The notes: a model not told the origin generated them from the sequence alone. 64,000 nucleotides of DNA from an uncultured Candidatus Saccharibacteria bacterium (GCA_964551495.1 CAZKCA010000001.1:34384-98383); one strand, 5' to 3'. Positions 39,869 to 48,380 are shown, counted from the stretch's first letter. A program made the numbers and translations.

Positions 39869-40660
39869 GTGCGAAATCTCGCAATCTTGCTTGTACTTTT
39901 CTGCTTTGTCCTTTTGGGCAACGCAAATGTCATCACCCCATCTTTTGATGGGGCACCTGCTGGTGGATGGGTCACGGACCGTTACCAACCCAATGTATTC
40001 GCAGATATCGGCTCTTTTCAGGGCCGAAGCGACGTTCTCCAAATCGGCATCAACGCTGCTCAGGGAATGGGCAACCGTCTTTCTGGCCAGAACGGTCAGT
40101 TCTACAATACACAGGGTATGCAGTACCTTGTGTCGGGTGGAGTTGGGTCATCCATCTCAGCTGATCTGTGGATCCCGGAAGAGTGGCGAAGCGAGCTGAA
40201 TGGTTCGCGGCGGACCGACATCTGGGGAATCATGACTGATGGTACAAATGTCACAGGGTACCTCATTTTGGGATTCACCAATTATGGAGGGACTCCAACC
40301 TTCAGGGCGTGGGAAGATACTGTTGGCAGTTGGCAGATTCTCGCCAATCCCATCCAATATAATGCATGGAATACTCTTGCGATTGTCTTTCAAGGCACTT
40401 CGTATGAGTTCTATGTAAATGGATCTTTGGCCTGGACAGATAACACAGTCAATGGATCTACCGGGTTCCGAGGCCTGATCATGCAAGCCTACAACTTCAA
40501 CGGGGATGGCTCCCTTAACGCCGTCACCGCAAATGGGACAGGGAATTACTCTGCTCATTGGGCTAATACGTCCGAAGTCCCTGAGCCGGGCACAGTTCTT
40601 CTTTCTGGTCTTGGTCTTCTGGCCCTCGGCCTCTGGCGTCGGCGCCAGCAAAGGCAGTGA
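39869..40660 (+). CDS. Secreted PEP-CTERM sorting-domain protein (high GC, likely horizontally acquired)
   Basis: GTG start after an AGAGAGG Shine-Dalgarno. Signal peptide RNLAILLVLFCFVLLGNA. The C-terminus VPEPGTVLLSGLGLLALGLWRRRQQRQ is a PEP motif, a TM helix and an Arg-rich tail. GC is ~55% against a ~33% genome. Confidence 0.7.
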   Translation: MRNLAILLVLFCFVLLGNANVITPSFDGAPAGGWVTDRYQPNVFADIGSFQGRSDVLQIGINAAQGMGNRLSGQNGQFYNTQGMQYLVSGGVGSSISADLWIPEEWRSELNGSRRTDIWGIMTDGTNVTGYLILGFTNYGGTPTFRAWEDTVGSWQILANPIQYNAWNTLAIVFQGTSYEFYVNGSLAWTDNTVNGSTGFRGLIMQAYNFNGDGSLNAVTANGTGNYSAHWANTSEVPEPGTVLLSGLGLLALGLWRRRQQRQ

Positions 40661-40672
40661 GTTCTTTCAACC

Positions 40673-40705
40673 AAAAGCCGTGGGTTAACCCCCACGGCTT
40701 TTTAC
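40673..40705 (+). terminator. Rho-independent terminator
   Basis: aaagccgtggg-ttaac-ccccacggcttt followed by a T-tract. Confidence 0.6.
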
Positions 40706-40740
40706 TTACTTAAAATATTCTTCAACCTATTACAATCAAA

Positions 40741-40895
40741 AATAAAACAACTCTCAAAAACATTCGCAGATTTTTAGCTAAAACAAAAGCGAGGAACGCC
40801 AGCCGGAGACACTGTCTGAGCGTAGCGAGTTTGGCGAGAGGTCAGTGACGAGCGCTTTGTTTTATAAAAATCGAGGACGGTTTTGAGTGTGTTTT
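40741..40895. repeat. Family A repeat, copy A5 (forward) with flanking inverted repeats
   Basis: Core (40757-40880) aaaacattcgcagatttttagc...gccagccggagacactgtctgagcgtagcgagtttggcgagagg...tcgaggacgg. Flanks aaaacaactctcaaaa and ttttgagtgtgtttt are roughly complementary. Confidence 0.65.
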
Positions 40896-40905
40896 ATTTG
40901 CTCCT

Positions 40906-41067
40906 TTATGGAACCAAACTAAAAAAGGCTCCCAAATAATATGGCCACAAAGCTATAGCCAAAACTCCTTGCCAGAAAGCAAGTTTAAGATATCCAAGTG
41001 TAAATAACCAACCAACTATCCATAAGCCACCTAGACATCCGCTATTTTCTACTTTTATTTTTTGCAT
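40906..41067 (-). CDS. Putative small membrane protein (53 aa)
   Basis: MQKIKVENSGCLGGLWIVGWLFTLGYLKLAFWQGVLAIALWPYYLGAFFSLVP. Not in the supplied ORF track because it is shorter than the cutoff. No obvious Shine-Dalgarno. Confidence 0.25.
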   Translation of the reverse strand: MQKIKVENSGCLGGLWIVGWLFTLGYLKLAFWQGVLAIALWPYYLGAFFSLVP

Positions 41068-41094
41068 ATACACATTATAAAATTTTTATATGAA

Positions 41095-41132
41095 AAAAGT
41101 CCACTCAAGCTATTCTTGAATGGACTTATTTG
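41095..41132. terminator. Bidirectional intrinsic terminator hairpin
   Basis: aaaaaagtccactcaagctattcttgaatggactt: an AAGTCCA/TGGACTT stem flanked by A-tracts and T-tracts on both strands. Confidence 0.5.
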
Positions 41133-41400
41133 TACCATGTATTGAATTGTAAAGCTCCATAAGACCTTCTCTTAAAGTAAGTTCTTCGTAAACAAAACAT
41201 TTCATGCAGTATTCACAATTATCATCACATCCACTTCCATCTTCGCCCCACTTTATCATCTGTCTTGTACGATCTCTATTTTTTATTCCCATACAGAACT
41301 CTGGGTTATGGTTTCTAGGTAAGATACATTCTATGAGTTTACCATCATGATGGTTTAGTCTGGGCATTATGGTCCAACAGCAATCCATAACCACCTCCAA
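41110..41400 (-). CDS. Cysteine-rich small protein (possible Zn/Fe-chelating, YkgJ-like)
   Basis: DCCW near the N-terminus and a C-terminal cluster GCDDNCEYCMKCF. No confident family assignment. Confidence 0.4.
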   Translation of the reverse strand: MEVVMDCCWTIMPRLNHHDGKLIECILPRNHNPEFCMGIKNRDRTRQMIKWGEDGSGCDDNCEYCMKCFVYEELTLREGLMELYNSIHGTNKSIQE

Positions 41401-41438
41401 TATAAATAGTAAACCTTTTTATTTATTTGTAAATTATT

Positions 41439-41852
41439 ATGATAAAATTTAATGATATGAATACATACAATTGGTATACAAATCTTATTAGACCAGATTG
41501 GGCTCCACCATCTTATCTTTTTGGTCCAGTTTGGTCGGTTTTATATGTTCTTATTGCGATTTCTTTTATAAAAGTTTTTGTAATGTTTTACAGAAAACAA
41601 ATTTCTGCCAAGATTGTTTTGCCTTTTGTTTTGAATATTTTTTTTAATTTAGCTTTTACTCCTCTTCAGTTTGGTTTACAAAACAATATTTTAGCAGGTA
41701 TTGATATTATTTTGGTTTTGGTAACTTTAATTTGGGCGATGAAAGTTATTTGGCCATATTCTAAATGGATAGCTTTGATCCAAATCCCTTATCTACTCTG
41801 GGTTTCTTTTGCCACTGTTTTACAACTGACAATTACTTATTTAAATTTTTAG
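41439..41852 (+). CDS. tspO: TspO/MBR family tryptophan-rich sensory protein
   Basis: NWYTNLIRPDWAPPSYLFGPVWSVLYVLIAISF (TspO WY..L.KP.W.PP...F..VW..LY), with five TM segments. Confidence 0.7.
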   Translation: MIKFNDMNTYNWYTNLIRPDWAPPSYLFGPVWSVLYVLIAISFIKVFVMFYRKQISAKIVLPFVLNIFFNLAFTPLQFGLQNNILAGIDIILVLVTLIWAMKVIWPYSKWIALIQIPYLLWVSFATVLQLTITYLNF

Positions 41853-41862
41853 TTTTTAATAT

Positions 41863-42366
41863 ATGAAAAAAACTATCACTGTAAATGATAAAATGCAGAA
41901 AGGATATAAGTATATTTTGACTGAGCCTATCGGTAAAAATTTTGATAAAGAATTTAAACCAGAACTTACTCCTAAACAAATGTTGGAGCTCGGGGTTTTT
42001 GGCGGGGTTTATATGCGAGATTGTGTAAAAGAGTTTCCTAAAGAATGGTTTGTAAAAGCTAAGTTTGCAAAAGATAAAAGAGACAAAAATCTAAATTTTT
42101 TCAAAGTAAATGCTAGTCAACCACTTTCCGTTTGGCAGAAAAAAGGATGGATACACAAAGATGATCCTAGAGGATGGTTTCAGTGGTATTGTCGGTATTA
42201 TATGGGTAGAAGACATCCGGACGACACAAGACAAATAAAAAGATGGAAGGCAATAAAACGTCACATAACTCAGATAACAAAAAACTGTAGGGCAGGGGAT
42301 TTTGCTTGCAGACCGCGCCAAAGACAAGCTGTGCTTCATTGGGCATATGACAGTAGGAAGTTATAA
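41863..42366 (+). CDS. Hypothetical protein, conserved-looking basic domain
   Basis: Motif-rich (KGWIHKDDPRGWFQWYCRYYMGRRHPDDTRQIKRW) but not assignable from sequence alone. Confidence 0.4.
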   Translation: MKKTITVNDKMQKGYKYILTEPIGKNFDKEFKPELTPKQMLELGVFGGVYMRDCVKEFPKEWFVKAKFAKDKRDKNLNFFKVNASQPLSVWQKKGWIHKDDPRGWFQWYCRYYMGRRHPDDTRQIKRWKAIKRHITQITKNCRAGDFACRPRQRQAVLHWAYDSRKL

Positions 42367-42424
42367 TCTCTATCCTTGCATATAATTTTTTCTATTATAA
42401 TATGTAAATAGGAGGAGTGTTACA

Positions 42425-42934
42425 ATGTCTGAACTTCAAGAATTATTTGGTGTCAGCCGTGAGGATGCTCTCGAGTTTTTTTTAATCTCTTTGTCGGAGG
42501 TATTAGAAGGTAAAAAAAGGTCATTTAGAAATGATGAATTGTTTTATGTGGCAGATATATTAACTCGCTATTCTTTAGAACCTATAGATGAAGATGGTCC
42601 TTATGGCAATTTGAAAAATAATCTTACGTGTTTTTTGGATTTCTTTGTCTTACAAGGAAACACTTTGGGTAATCCTGAGGTTTTAGAAGATGGAGGATCC
42701 CAAGTGATCCTTTTTGCTGGTTTTTTTAGGGACCAGATGAGTAGGAGATATCATCTGTCTTATTATGAGAAAGTAGCTCAAGGTCTTTATATTAGAGCTT
42801 CTATAAATAGTCATAAATACCAAAAGAGGGAGTTTTTGGGTAGGTTTGCTCAAAGGGTTCCTTTTTGGACTCGGGCTTGTTGTGATTTGAATAAGTATTG
42901 TCGCGAGAGGAGATATTTAATAGAAATTGATTAA
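42425..42934 (+). CDS. Hypothetical protein
   Basis: GGAGG Shine-Dalgarno upstream. A terminator hairpin follows (gctgtgggatatcccacagc). Confidence 0.4.
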   Translation: MSELQELFGVSREDALEFFLISLSEVLEGKKRSFRNDELFYVADILTRYSLEPIDEDGPYGNLKNNLTCFLDFFVLQGNTLGNPEVLEDGGSQVILFAGFFRDQMSRRYHLSYYEKVAQGLYIRASINSHKYQKREFLGRFAQRVPFWTRACCDLNKYCRERRYLIEID

Positions 42935-42965
42935 AAGAAAGCTGTGGGATATCCCACAGCTTTTT

Positions 42966-44144
42966 TTAATCTATGAAAGTCAAAGCTTTGCCTGTTTTGC
43001 CTCCTCGTCCAGTACGGCCTATACGGTGGATGTAGTCTTCGTATGTAGAAGGCAGTTCATAGTTTATAACGTGACTTACATTTGGTATATCTAACCCTCT
43101 AGCCGCCACATCTGTTGCGACCAGTATCTGACTTTTGTTATCTTTGAATTGATTAAGAGCCCTCTGTCTTTGAGTGTGGTTTTTATTGCCATGAATAGAC
43201 TCTGCTTTGAAACCTCTGGTACCTAGCATTTTAGAAAGATTTTCTACTCCATGTTTTGTTCTACCAAAAATCAAAACTTTATTAAATTCTGGTTTTGAAA
43301 GTAAATTGTGAAGTATTTCTAACTTTGGTCCGTTTTTAACATACACTACATCCTGATCTACGCTGTGAGCAGTATCTCTTGTTTTAACAGAAATATTTAC
43401 AGGGTCATTTAAAAATTCTTTTATGATTTTGTTTATATCTGGAGATATTGTAGCTGAAAAGAAAAGAGTTTGTTTTTCTTTTGGCATAGATTTTACTAGA
43501 AATCTCATATCATTTATAAATCCCATATCTAGCATTCTATCTGATTCGTCCAAGACTATTGTTTGGAATTTGTTTAGTTCTATATTTCCTCTGTCTACCA
43601 AATCTTTTATTCTTCCAGGTGTTCCAATAACAAAGTTGTAGCTACGACGAAGATCGTTTATTTGTCTAAATATAGGCATTCCTCCTACTACACAAACAGA
43701 AAATATAGATAGACCAAAAGCAAATTTTGTCAGTTCTTGATTTATCTGTATTGCCAATTCTCTTGTTGGAGCAACTATCAAAACTTTCTGATTTTTGTTT
43801 TTAAATATTTTATTTAAAAGGGGAATAACAAAAGCAGCAGTTTTACCTGTTCCTGTGTTGGCGATACCAACAATATCTCTGTTTTGTAGAATAAAAGGGA
43901 TGGATTCGTCTTGGATGGGTGTAGGGTGAAGGTATCCATGTCTAAGTACATTATCTTTTAATTTTTGTTCAATAGGGAAATCAGCAAATGAATTTGTTGG
44001 AATATAAGGTTTTTCTTCCACAACCAAATCAGCTTTTTTTATAAACTTTGAAACATCACTAAAGTATTTATTATTTACACGAGGTTTTCTAAATGCTCGG
44101 TAGTTACCGGAGTTTTGACCCCGGTTAATTCGTTTTCTAAACAT
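42966..44144 (-). CDS. DEAD-box ATP-dependent RNA helicase
   Basis: Q-motif region, AxTGTGKT (ANTGTGKTAAF), PTRELA, DESDRM (DEAD variant), SAT and HRIGRTGR motifs. Confidence 0.85.
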   Translation of the reverse strand: MFRKRINRGQNSGNYRAFRKPRVNNKYFSDVSKFIKKADLVVEEKPYIPTNSFADFPIEQKLKDNVLRHGYLHPTPIQDESIPFILQNRDIVGIANTGTGKTAAFVIPLLNKIFKNKNQKVLIVAPTRELAIQINQELTKFAFGLSIFSVCVVGGMPIFRQINDLRRSYNFVIGTPGRIKDLVDRGNIELNKFQTIVLDESDRMLDMGFINDMRFLVKSMPKEKQTLFFSATISPDINKIIKEFLNDPVNISVKTRDTAHSVDQDVVYVKNGPKLEILHNLLSKPEFNKVLIFGRTKHGVENLSKMLGTRGFKAESIHGNKNHTQRQRALNQFKDNKSQILVATDVAARGLDIPNVSHVINYELPSTYEDYIHRIGRTGRGGKTGKALTFID

Positions 44145-44326
44145 ATTATTCTTCTAGTCTTTAGATTAAAGAGTAAGACGACTAGGTCTCTCGTAAATTC
44201 CAAGAAGAATATATTGTTTTGAGAGATATAACTTACATTCTTTATTATATTACAATCAAATTATTTTGTCAAATAAAATAAACCACAATATGTGGTTTAT
44301 TTTATTAAATCATTTTTGTTTATTTG

Positions 44327-45283
44327 TTAGTTTGCAGGTGTAACAAATGAATTTTGACTTGAGGTGCTTGTATTTCCAGCTGGATCCTTGGCACTAATTA
44401 TAAAGTAATATGTTGTAGATGTTGCTAGATTATTTAGCATAACCTCATGATTTACCTTAAACACATTTGAGTTTATAACAGGAGTTGTTGAACTGACTGT
44501 CAAAGGAGTTGTTGTTCCGTAGAATATTTTTCCTATAGTTAATTCGTTTGTGTTCCATGTCACTTTTGTAGAAGTAGCATTTGTTGAACTAGAAACTATA
44601 GAAGATATTGTTGGAGCAATTGTATCAGGTGTTGTTGTAGGTTTGTTCCAGTCTATTTTATCCTGGATTCCTTTAGGTAGTTTTTGACACTCAGGAACTA
44701 CAGGTCTTTGACCATTATTTTTCTTTAACCATCCTGGGGCAATTTGGTGTCCGGGTGGAGTTATAACACAAAGTTTTTTTCCTTTACCTCTGTTGTCATC
44801 ATCACCATCGTCATCATCATCGTCCTCAGAGTATAACTTAAGGTCAGATATTTTTTCATTTAATTTTTGTAGTGTCTTTGGTCCTACTACTCCAACTGTT
44901 TCTATACCATTTTTTCTTTGGAATTTTCTAACAGCCTCTGATGTAAGTCTGCCATAATATCCTGTTATTAAACCTTCAGGGTATATTTCAGGGTCAGCTG
45001 CAAGAATTGCTTGTAAAGCTTTTACATCATCTCCTGTCATACCTTCTCTTAGATTCCTAATCATAGATAGGGTACTGGAAACACTTTCTCTTGCTGTTTC
45101 TACTTGAGCCTGGGCTGCTTTTAGGGATTCAATTTGAGCTGTTAAAGTTTTTATTTGTTCAAGCAAAGCTTGTACTTGGGCTGAGCTTGTAGTTGTTGTG
45201 ACAGTTTCAGCTTTGGCTATTCCAGTGAAACCAAAAACAAAAGCTAAAACTAATACAAAAGTTATTAATTTTTTAATGTTCAT
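44327..45283 (-). CDS. Secreted protein with a peptidoglycan-binding (PG_binding_1-like) domain, poly-Asp tract and a Thr/Ser-rich FN3-like C-terminus
   Basis: Signal peptide MNIKKLITFVLVLAFVFGFTGIAKA, coiled coil, GDDVKALQAILAADPEIYPEGLITGYYGRLTSEAVRKFQ, DDDDDDGDDD. Confidence 0.55.
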   Translation of the reverse strand: MNIKKLITFVLVLAFVFGFTGIAKAETVTTTTSSAQVQALLEQIKTLTAQIESLKAAQAQVETARESVSSTLSMIRNLREGMTGDDVKALQAILAADPEIYPEGLITGYYGRLTSEAVRKFQRKNGIETVGVVGPKTLQKLNEKISDLKLYSEDDDDDDGDDDNRGKGKKLCVITPPGHQIAPGWLKKNNGQRPVVPECQKLPKGIQDKIDWNKPTTTPDTIAPTISSIVSSSTNATSTKVTWNTNELTIGKIFYGTTTPLTVSSTTPVINSNVFKVNHEVMLNNLATSTTYYFIISAKDPAGNTSTSSQNSFVTPAN

Positions 45284-45400
45284 ATTTTAATTTAAATTAT
45301 AATCGCACATACCCCATTTTTTAGGGGTATTCCACTATTATATCAAATTTAGGGGTTTTTTTGTTCTCGCAATCCACATCAATTGGTGCAATTTAATTAC

Positions 45401-45428
45401 TTGACAAATTTTATAGATTTGCTATAAT
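45401..45428 (+). promoter_or_regulatory. Near-consensus sigma70 promoter driving the orphan RNA at 45435
   Basis: TTGACA (45401-06), a 16-nt spacer, then tgc-TATAAT (45423-28). Confidence 0.55.
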
Positions 45429-45434
45429 ATATAG

Positions 45435-45795
45435 TATGAATTGTTCCTTGAGTTCAGGAGGCTTGCCTTACTAGGTAAGTCTCCATCGTTTGACGGGTCC
45501 TAACCCGGGTCCGTGCTTGCCGGACATTAAATATGGTAAGACGGCCTTCCCCGAGGCTTTGTAAATATCGGCTTAAAGAACCTCTTTCAGGGGTTCTCGT
45601 GTCTATCAGACCAAAGCATAAGGGAAATTCTTTTCCCCAGAAAATCCCTGTGTATTGCAGGTTTAGGGTTTGCTTTCTCGAGATAGATACAATCAGGCTG
45701 TGTTTTCTTCAAGTATTTGTTTTCCTAAGGTTTTCTAGAGACCTAGCGAGAATAAGACTTGGCGAAAAACACAGCCTTTTCTATTATTTTAACTT
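45435..45795 (+). ncRNA. Unclassified structured RNA (~360 nt) with a long terminal hairpin and T-tract
   Basis: GC-enriched and without a credible ORF (the 96-aa track ORF is R/C/F-rich junk). The long-range inverted repeat aggctgtgttttc...gaaaaacacagcct (45687-45699 / 45765-45778) is followed by ttttctattatttt. Confidence 0.5.
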
Positions 45796-46227
45796 TAATT
45801 TTTCTTCTATAATTAAATTTTGAAATACATTTACAAATACTGCTTTTAAAGCGGAACAAGATATTATAATTAGTGCTATCGCTACTACTCCCGGAGCATC
45901 ATCCTTATCTGCTACATAAAAAATATAAGGCATACCCAATACGTATAGTCCAGAGATTGTTATTAAACAGTATTTTATATAATTTAAAGATTTAATACAA
46001 TTTTCCGAAAAAAAATTTTTTTTATAAATATAATCTAAAACTAACCAAGTTTGGTAGAGGATAACAAAAAATGGTATGGCAGTTATATACATACCTAAAA
46101 GTATAGGATCATAGCCTCCTAAATCTATACCTCCAATTACTCTTGGTAACACGAAAGTAAAAAAACCTATTCCTGCAAGACTAATAATAATTAAGACTGT
46201 TTTTAATATCCAAATCGAGATTTTCAT
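45784..46227 (-). CDS. Hypothetical integral membrane protein
   Basis: Four predicted TM helices. No family recognised. Confidence 0.45.
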   Translation of the reverse strand: MKISIWILKTVLIIISLAGIGFFTFVLPRVIGGIDLGGYDPILLGMYITAIPFFVILYQTWLVLDYIYKKNFFSENCIKSLNYIKYCLITISGLYVLGMPYIFYVADKDDAPGVVAIALIIISCSALKAVFVNVFQNLIIEEKLKLK

Positions 46228-46251
46228 AAATTCAATTTATCACTATTTATT

Positions 46252-46479
46252 TTAAAAGAAAACCGCCGATTTCTCGGCGGGTTTGATTTTGTTGAGACTG
46301 GCTTTGCGGTTGTTGTGGGAAACCTTGCCAGTCCGGTGGGAACGAAGAGTGATCTTCTTACCATTTCCGTGGCTGTTGGGCCTTCCGCTCCAACGATGCT
46401 TGTCGGCGCAGTAAGGACAACAAAGACCTTGGTAGTGAGAAGAAACACTCATCTTTTCCCTAAAAGGGTTTCGGTGCAT
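46252..46479 (-). CDS. rpmB: Putative 50S ribosomal protein bL28 (divergent); the true start may be the internal Met at 46452
   Basis: CPYC...GRPNSHGNGKK...TLRSHR resembles the L28 pattern C..[CT]GK....GNN.SH....K.R..PNLHSHR. Basic composition. Confidence 0.4.
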   Translation of the reverse strand: MHRNPFREKMSVSSHYQGLCCPYCADKHRWSGRPNSHGNGKKITLRSHRTGKVSHNNRKASLNKIKPAEKSAVFF

Positions 46480-46491
46480 GATGTAGGCCTC

Positions 46492-47130
46492 CTAGCCTAT
46501 ATTCATGGTGTCCTCCTTTGGAAAGATCTTAAAATCTGTAATAATTTCATCGGCCAGATTCATTTTTATACATTGCTGTGCGGAGAAGTATGCCCCATGC
46601 ATTTCTCCATGCCTAAATATTTCAGAGATAGTTTCTCGACGAAGACCTGTTCTTTTTTCATACAAAAGAATTCGTTTTTCGGCAATCTCGGTGATTCTCT
46701 CTTGAAAGTATGCAATATCTTTGGCTACCCATTCAGGATCATCGCACACCCACCTCTGCCCATGGCGGATGTAGTGGATAAGCATCCTTGATGATGGTAG
46801 CATAATTCTTCTTCTACACATTTGAACTAGATCGACTGCCATTGAACCACAATCTCCTATAACAACAGCATCTACCGGACAATTTAGAGAGTTGATAACA
46901 TCTCCTAGTTGTAAAATTGGTATGGCAGAACCTCCTCCACTCTGTATCATTAAAGTTATTGGTTCATCACTTATAAAACTAATTTTAACTAGTTCAGATG
47001 CTGTTTTTTGAACAGAATCATCTGTTATTTCTCGACTTACTAATATTCTACGGCAAGAATGCCAGACTTTAGTCCAAGTAGTTATATTGGATTCTTCTAA
47101 TAGGATTCTTTGCTCCTTATTTTCAGACAT
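46492..47130 (-). CDS. Divergent ClpP-like (peptidase S14 family) protein
   Basis: ClpP fold landmarks: MIQSGGGS (compare YINSPGGS), GDCGSMAV (compare GQAASMG, Ser present) and LIHYI (compare MIHQP, His present). The usual Asp of the triad is not recognisable. Confidence 0.55.
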   Translation of the reverse strand: MSENKEQRILLEESNITTWTKVWHSCRRILVSREITDDSVQKTASELVKISFISDEPITLMIQSGGGSAIPILQLGDVINSLNCPVDAVVIGDCGSMAVDLVQMCRRRIMLPSSRMLIHYIRHGQRWVCDDPEWVAKDIAYFQERITEIAEKRILLYEKRTGLRRETISEIFRHGEMHGAYFSAQQCIKMNLADEIITDFKIFPKEDTMNIG

Positions 47131-47193
47131 TTCTGACCTCCTTTCTTCAAGATTTATATAATTTTATTATTATTTTGTCAAATTTGCTCCGCG

Positions 47194-47221
47194 ACCAAGG
47201 GATCTCGAATCTTACAGATTC
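47194..47221 (-). repeat. Degenerate partial copy of the tRNA-Asn 3' end (acceptor plus T-arm), possible att-site scar
   Basis: ttgctccgcgaccaagggatctcgaatc versus the tRNA's ttgctccgcgaccagggctcgaacc, 158 bp away in the same orientation. Confidence 0.55.
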
Positions 47222-47324
47222 TGTACACCTGTTCTATTTTTTGTTTCCTTTCAGTCACAAAAAATTATCACAGGTCTTCGAGCCCTGACGTAGATTGATA
47301 ACATCAATCTACTCTCGCGAGCAA

Positions 47325-47352
47325 GACAAAAACGCCTTTCGGCGTCTTTGTT
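47325..47352 (-). terminator. Intrinsic terminator downstream of tRNA-Asn
   Basis: Minus-strand reading: gacgcc-gaaa-ggcgtt followed by TTTTGTCTT. Confidence 0.55.
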
Positions 47353-47354
47353 TG

Positions 47355-47427
47355 CTCCGCGACCAGGGCTCGAACCTGGGACCCTCCCGTTAACAGCGGG
47401 GCGCTCTACCGACTGAGCTATCGCGGA
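47355..47427 (-). tRNA. tRNA-Asn (GTT)
   Basis: Minus strand: TCCGCGA-TA-GCTC-AGTCGGTA-GAGC-G-CCCCG-CTGTTAA-CGGGA-GGGTC-CCAGG-TTCGAGC-CCTGG-TCGCGGA-G. Full cloverleaf with anticodon GTT. CCA is not encoded. Confidence 0.9.
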
Positions 47428-47592
47428 ATATGTAATTTGTTCTGAACACTATTAAATAATGATCAGAATTAATTACGTATTTTCTCACTATCGCGGAATG
47501 TTATACAAATCGTACTAAATAAATAGCACAAACAAATATTATCAAAATTAGGACATAATGCAACCCTTATGATTGTGGTTTATAATTTGGTT

Positions 47593-47805
47593 ATGTATAT
47601 AAAAGTTAAGGTTACTCCGGACTCTAGGAAAGAAGAGGTTATTCAAAAAAATGAAGATACCTGGTTCATAATGGTAAAAGAACCAGCTGAAGGAAATAAA
47701 GCAAATAATAGAGTAAAAGAGATATTAGAGTTTTATTTTCAAACCCACAATATAAGATTGGTAAACGGACACAAAAGCCCAAATAAGCTATTTTTAATAA
47801 ATTGA
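47593..47805 (+). CDS. DUF167/YggU-family small protein
   Basis: MYIKVKVTPDSRKEEVIQ...VKEPAEGNKANNRVKEILE resembles YggU (ikVkV.P.a...e....G.AN..l...la). Confidence 0.5.
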   Translation: MYIKVKVTPDSRKEEVIQKNEDTWFIMVKEPAEGNKANNRVKEILEFYFQTHNIRLVNGHKSPNKLFLIN

Positions 47806-47864
47806 AACTTGTATTGGGGGTGTTATAATTATTATGTAAGTTTTAGTAATTAAGTACTAAAAAT

Positions 47865-48230
47865 ATGAATATAAAAATCACTTCAACAAATTTTGAACTT
47901 ACTCCGGCTATAGAAGAATATATTACAAAAAAAATAACTGCACTGGATAAGTTTATGGCAGGTGAGGACGGAGCTCTTTGTGAAGTGGAAATTGGAAAAA
48001 CCACAAATCGTCATAAGTCAGGAGATATTTTTAAAGCTGAAGCTAATTTGTTTTATAAAGGAAATCAACATTACTGTGTAGTTGAAAAAGATGATTTGTA
48101 TGCGTCTATAGATGAATTGAAAGATGAATTGGAAAGATCTTTTATTTCAAATAAAGGAAAAAAGAATACTTTGTTTAGAAAAGGAGCATTAAAAGTTAAA
48201 AATTTATTAAAAAGATTATATGGAAATTAA
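47865..48230 (+). CDS. hpf: Ribosome hibernation-promoting factor (HPF/RaiA)
   Basis: MNIKITSTNFELTPAIEEYITKKITALDKF is a typical HPF N-terminus. Confidence 0.8.
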   Translation: MNIKITSTNFELTPAIEEYITKKITALDKFMAGEDGALCEVEIGKTTNRHKSGDIFKAEANLFYKGNQHYCVVEKDDLYASIDELKDELERSFISNKGKKNTLFRKGALKVKNLLKRLYGN

Positions 48231-48380
48231 AATAGGAAAGTTAAATCAAAAGGCTAGTCCAGGTCTTTCTGTGTTTGTTATTGTTTGCTTATGTATTACA
48301 GTTGGAATGTTGTATCTATTGGAAAAAACAGAAAGAGCTGGTTTAAATATAAACTCAATTACTTTTTACGATAATAAAAT

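Noticed and set aside
45435-45795. RNase P RNA or tmRNA identity for the second structured RNA; ORF 45533-45823 as a protein
   Set aside because: The same hallmark motifs are absent. The 96-aa ORF is R/C/F-rich with no Shine-Dalgarno and lies inside a region with an RNA-like promoter and terminator.
46224-46448. 74-aa ORF and the + strand ORF 46315-46791
   Set aside because: They overlap the bL28-like and ClpP-like genes in alternative frames. The Cys/basic-rich frame matching the L28 pattern was preferred.
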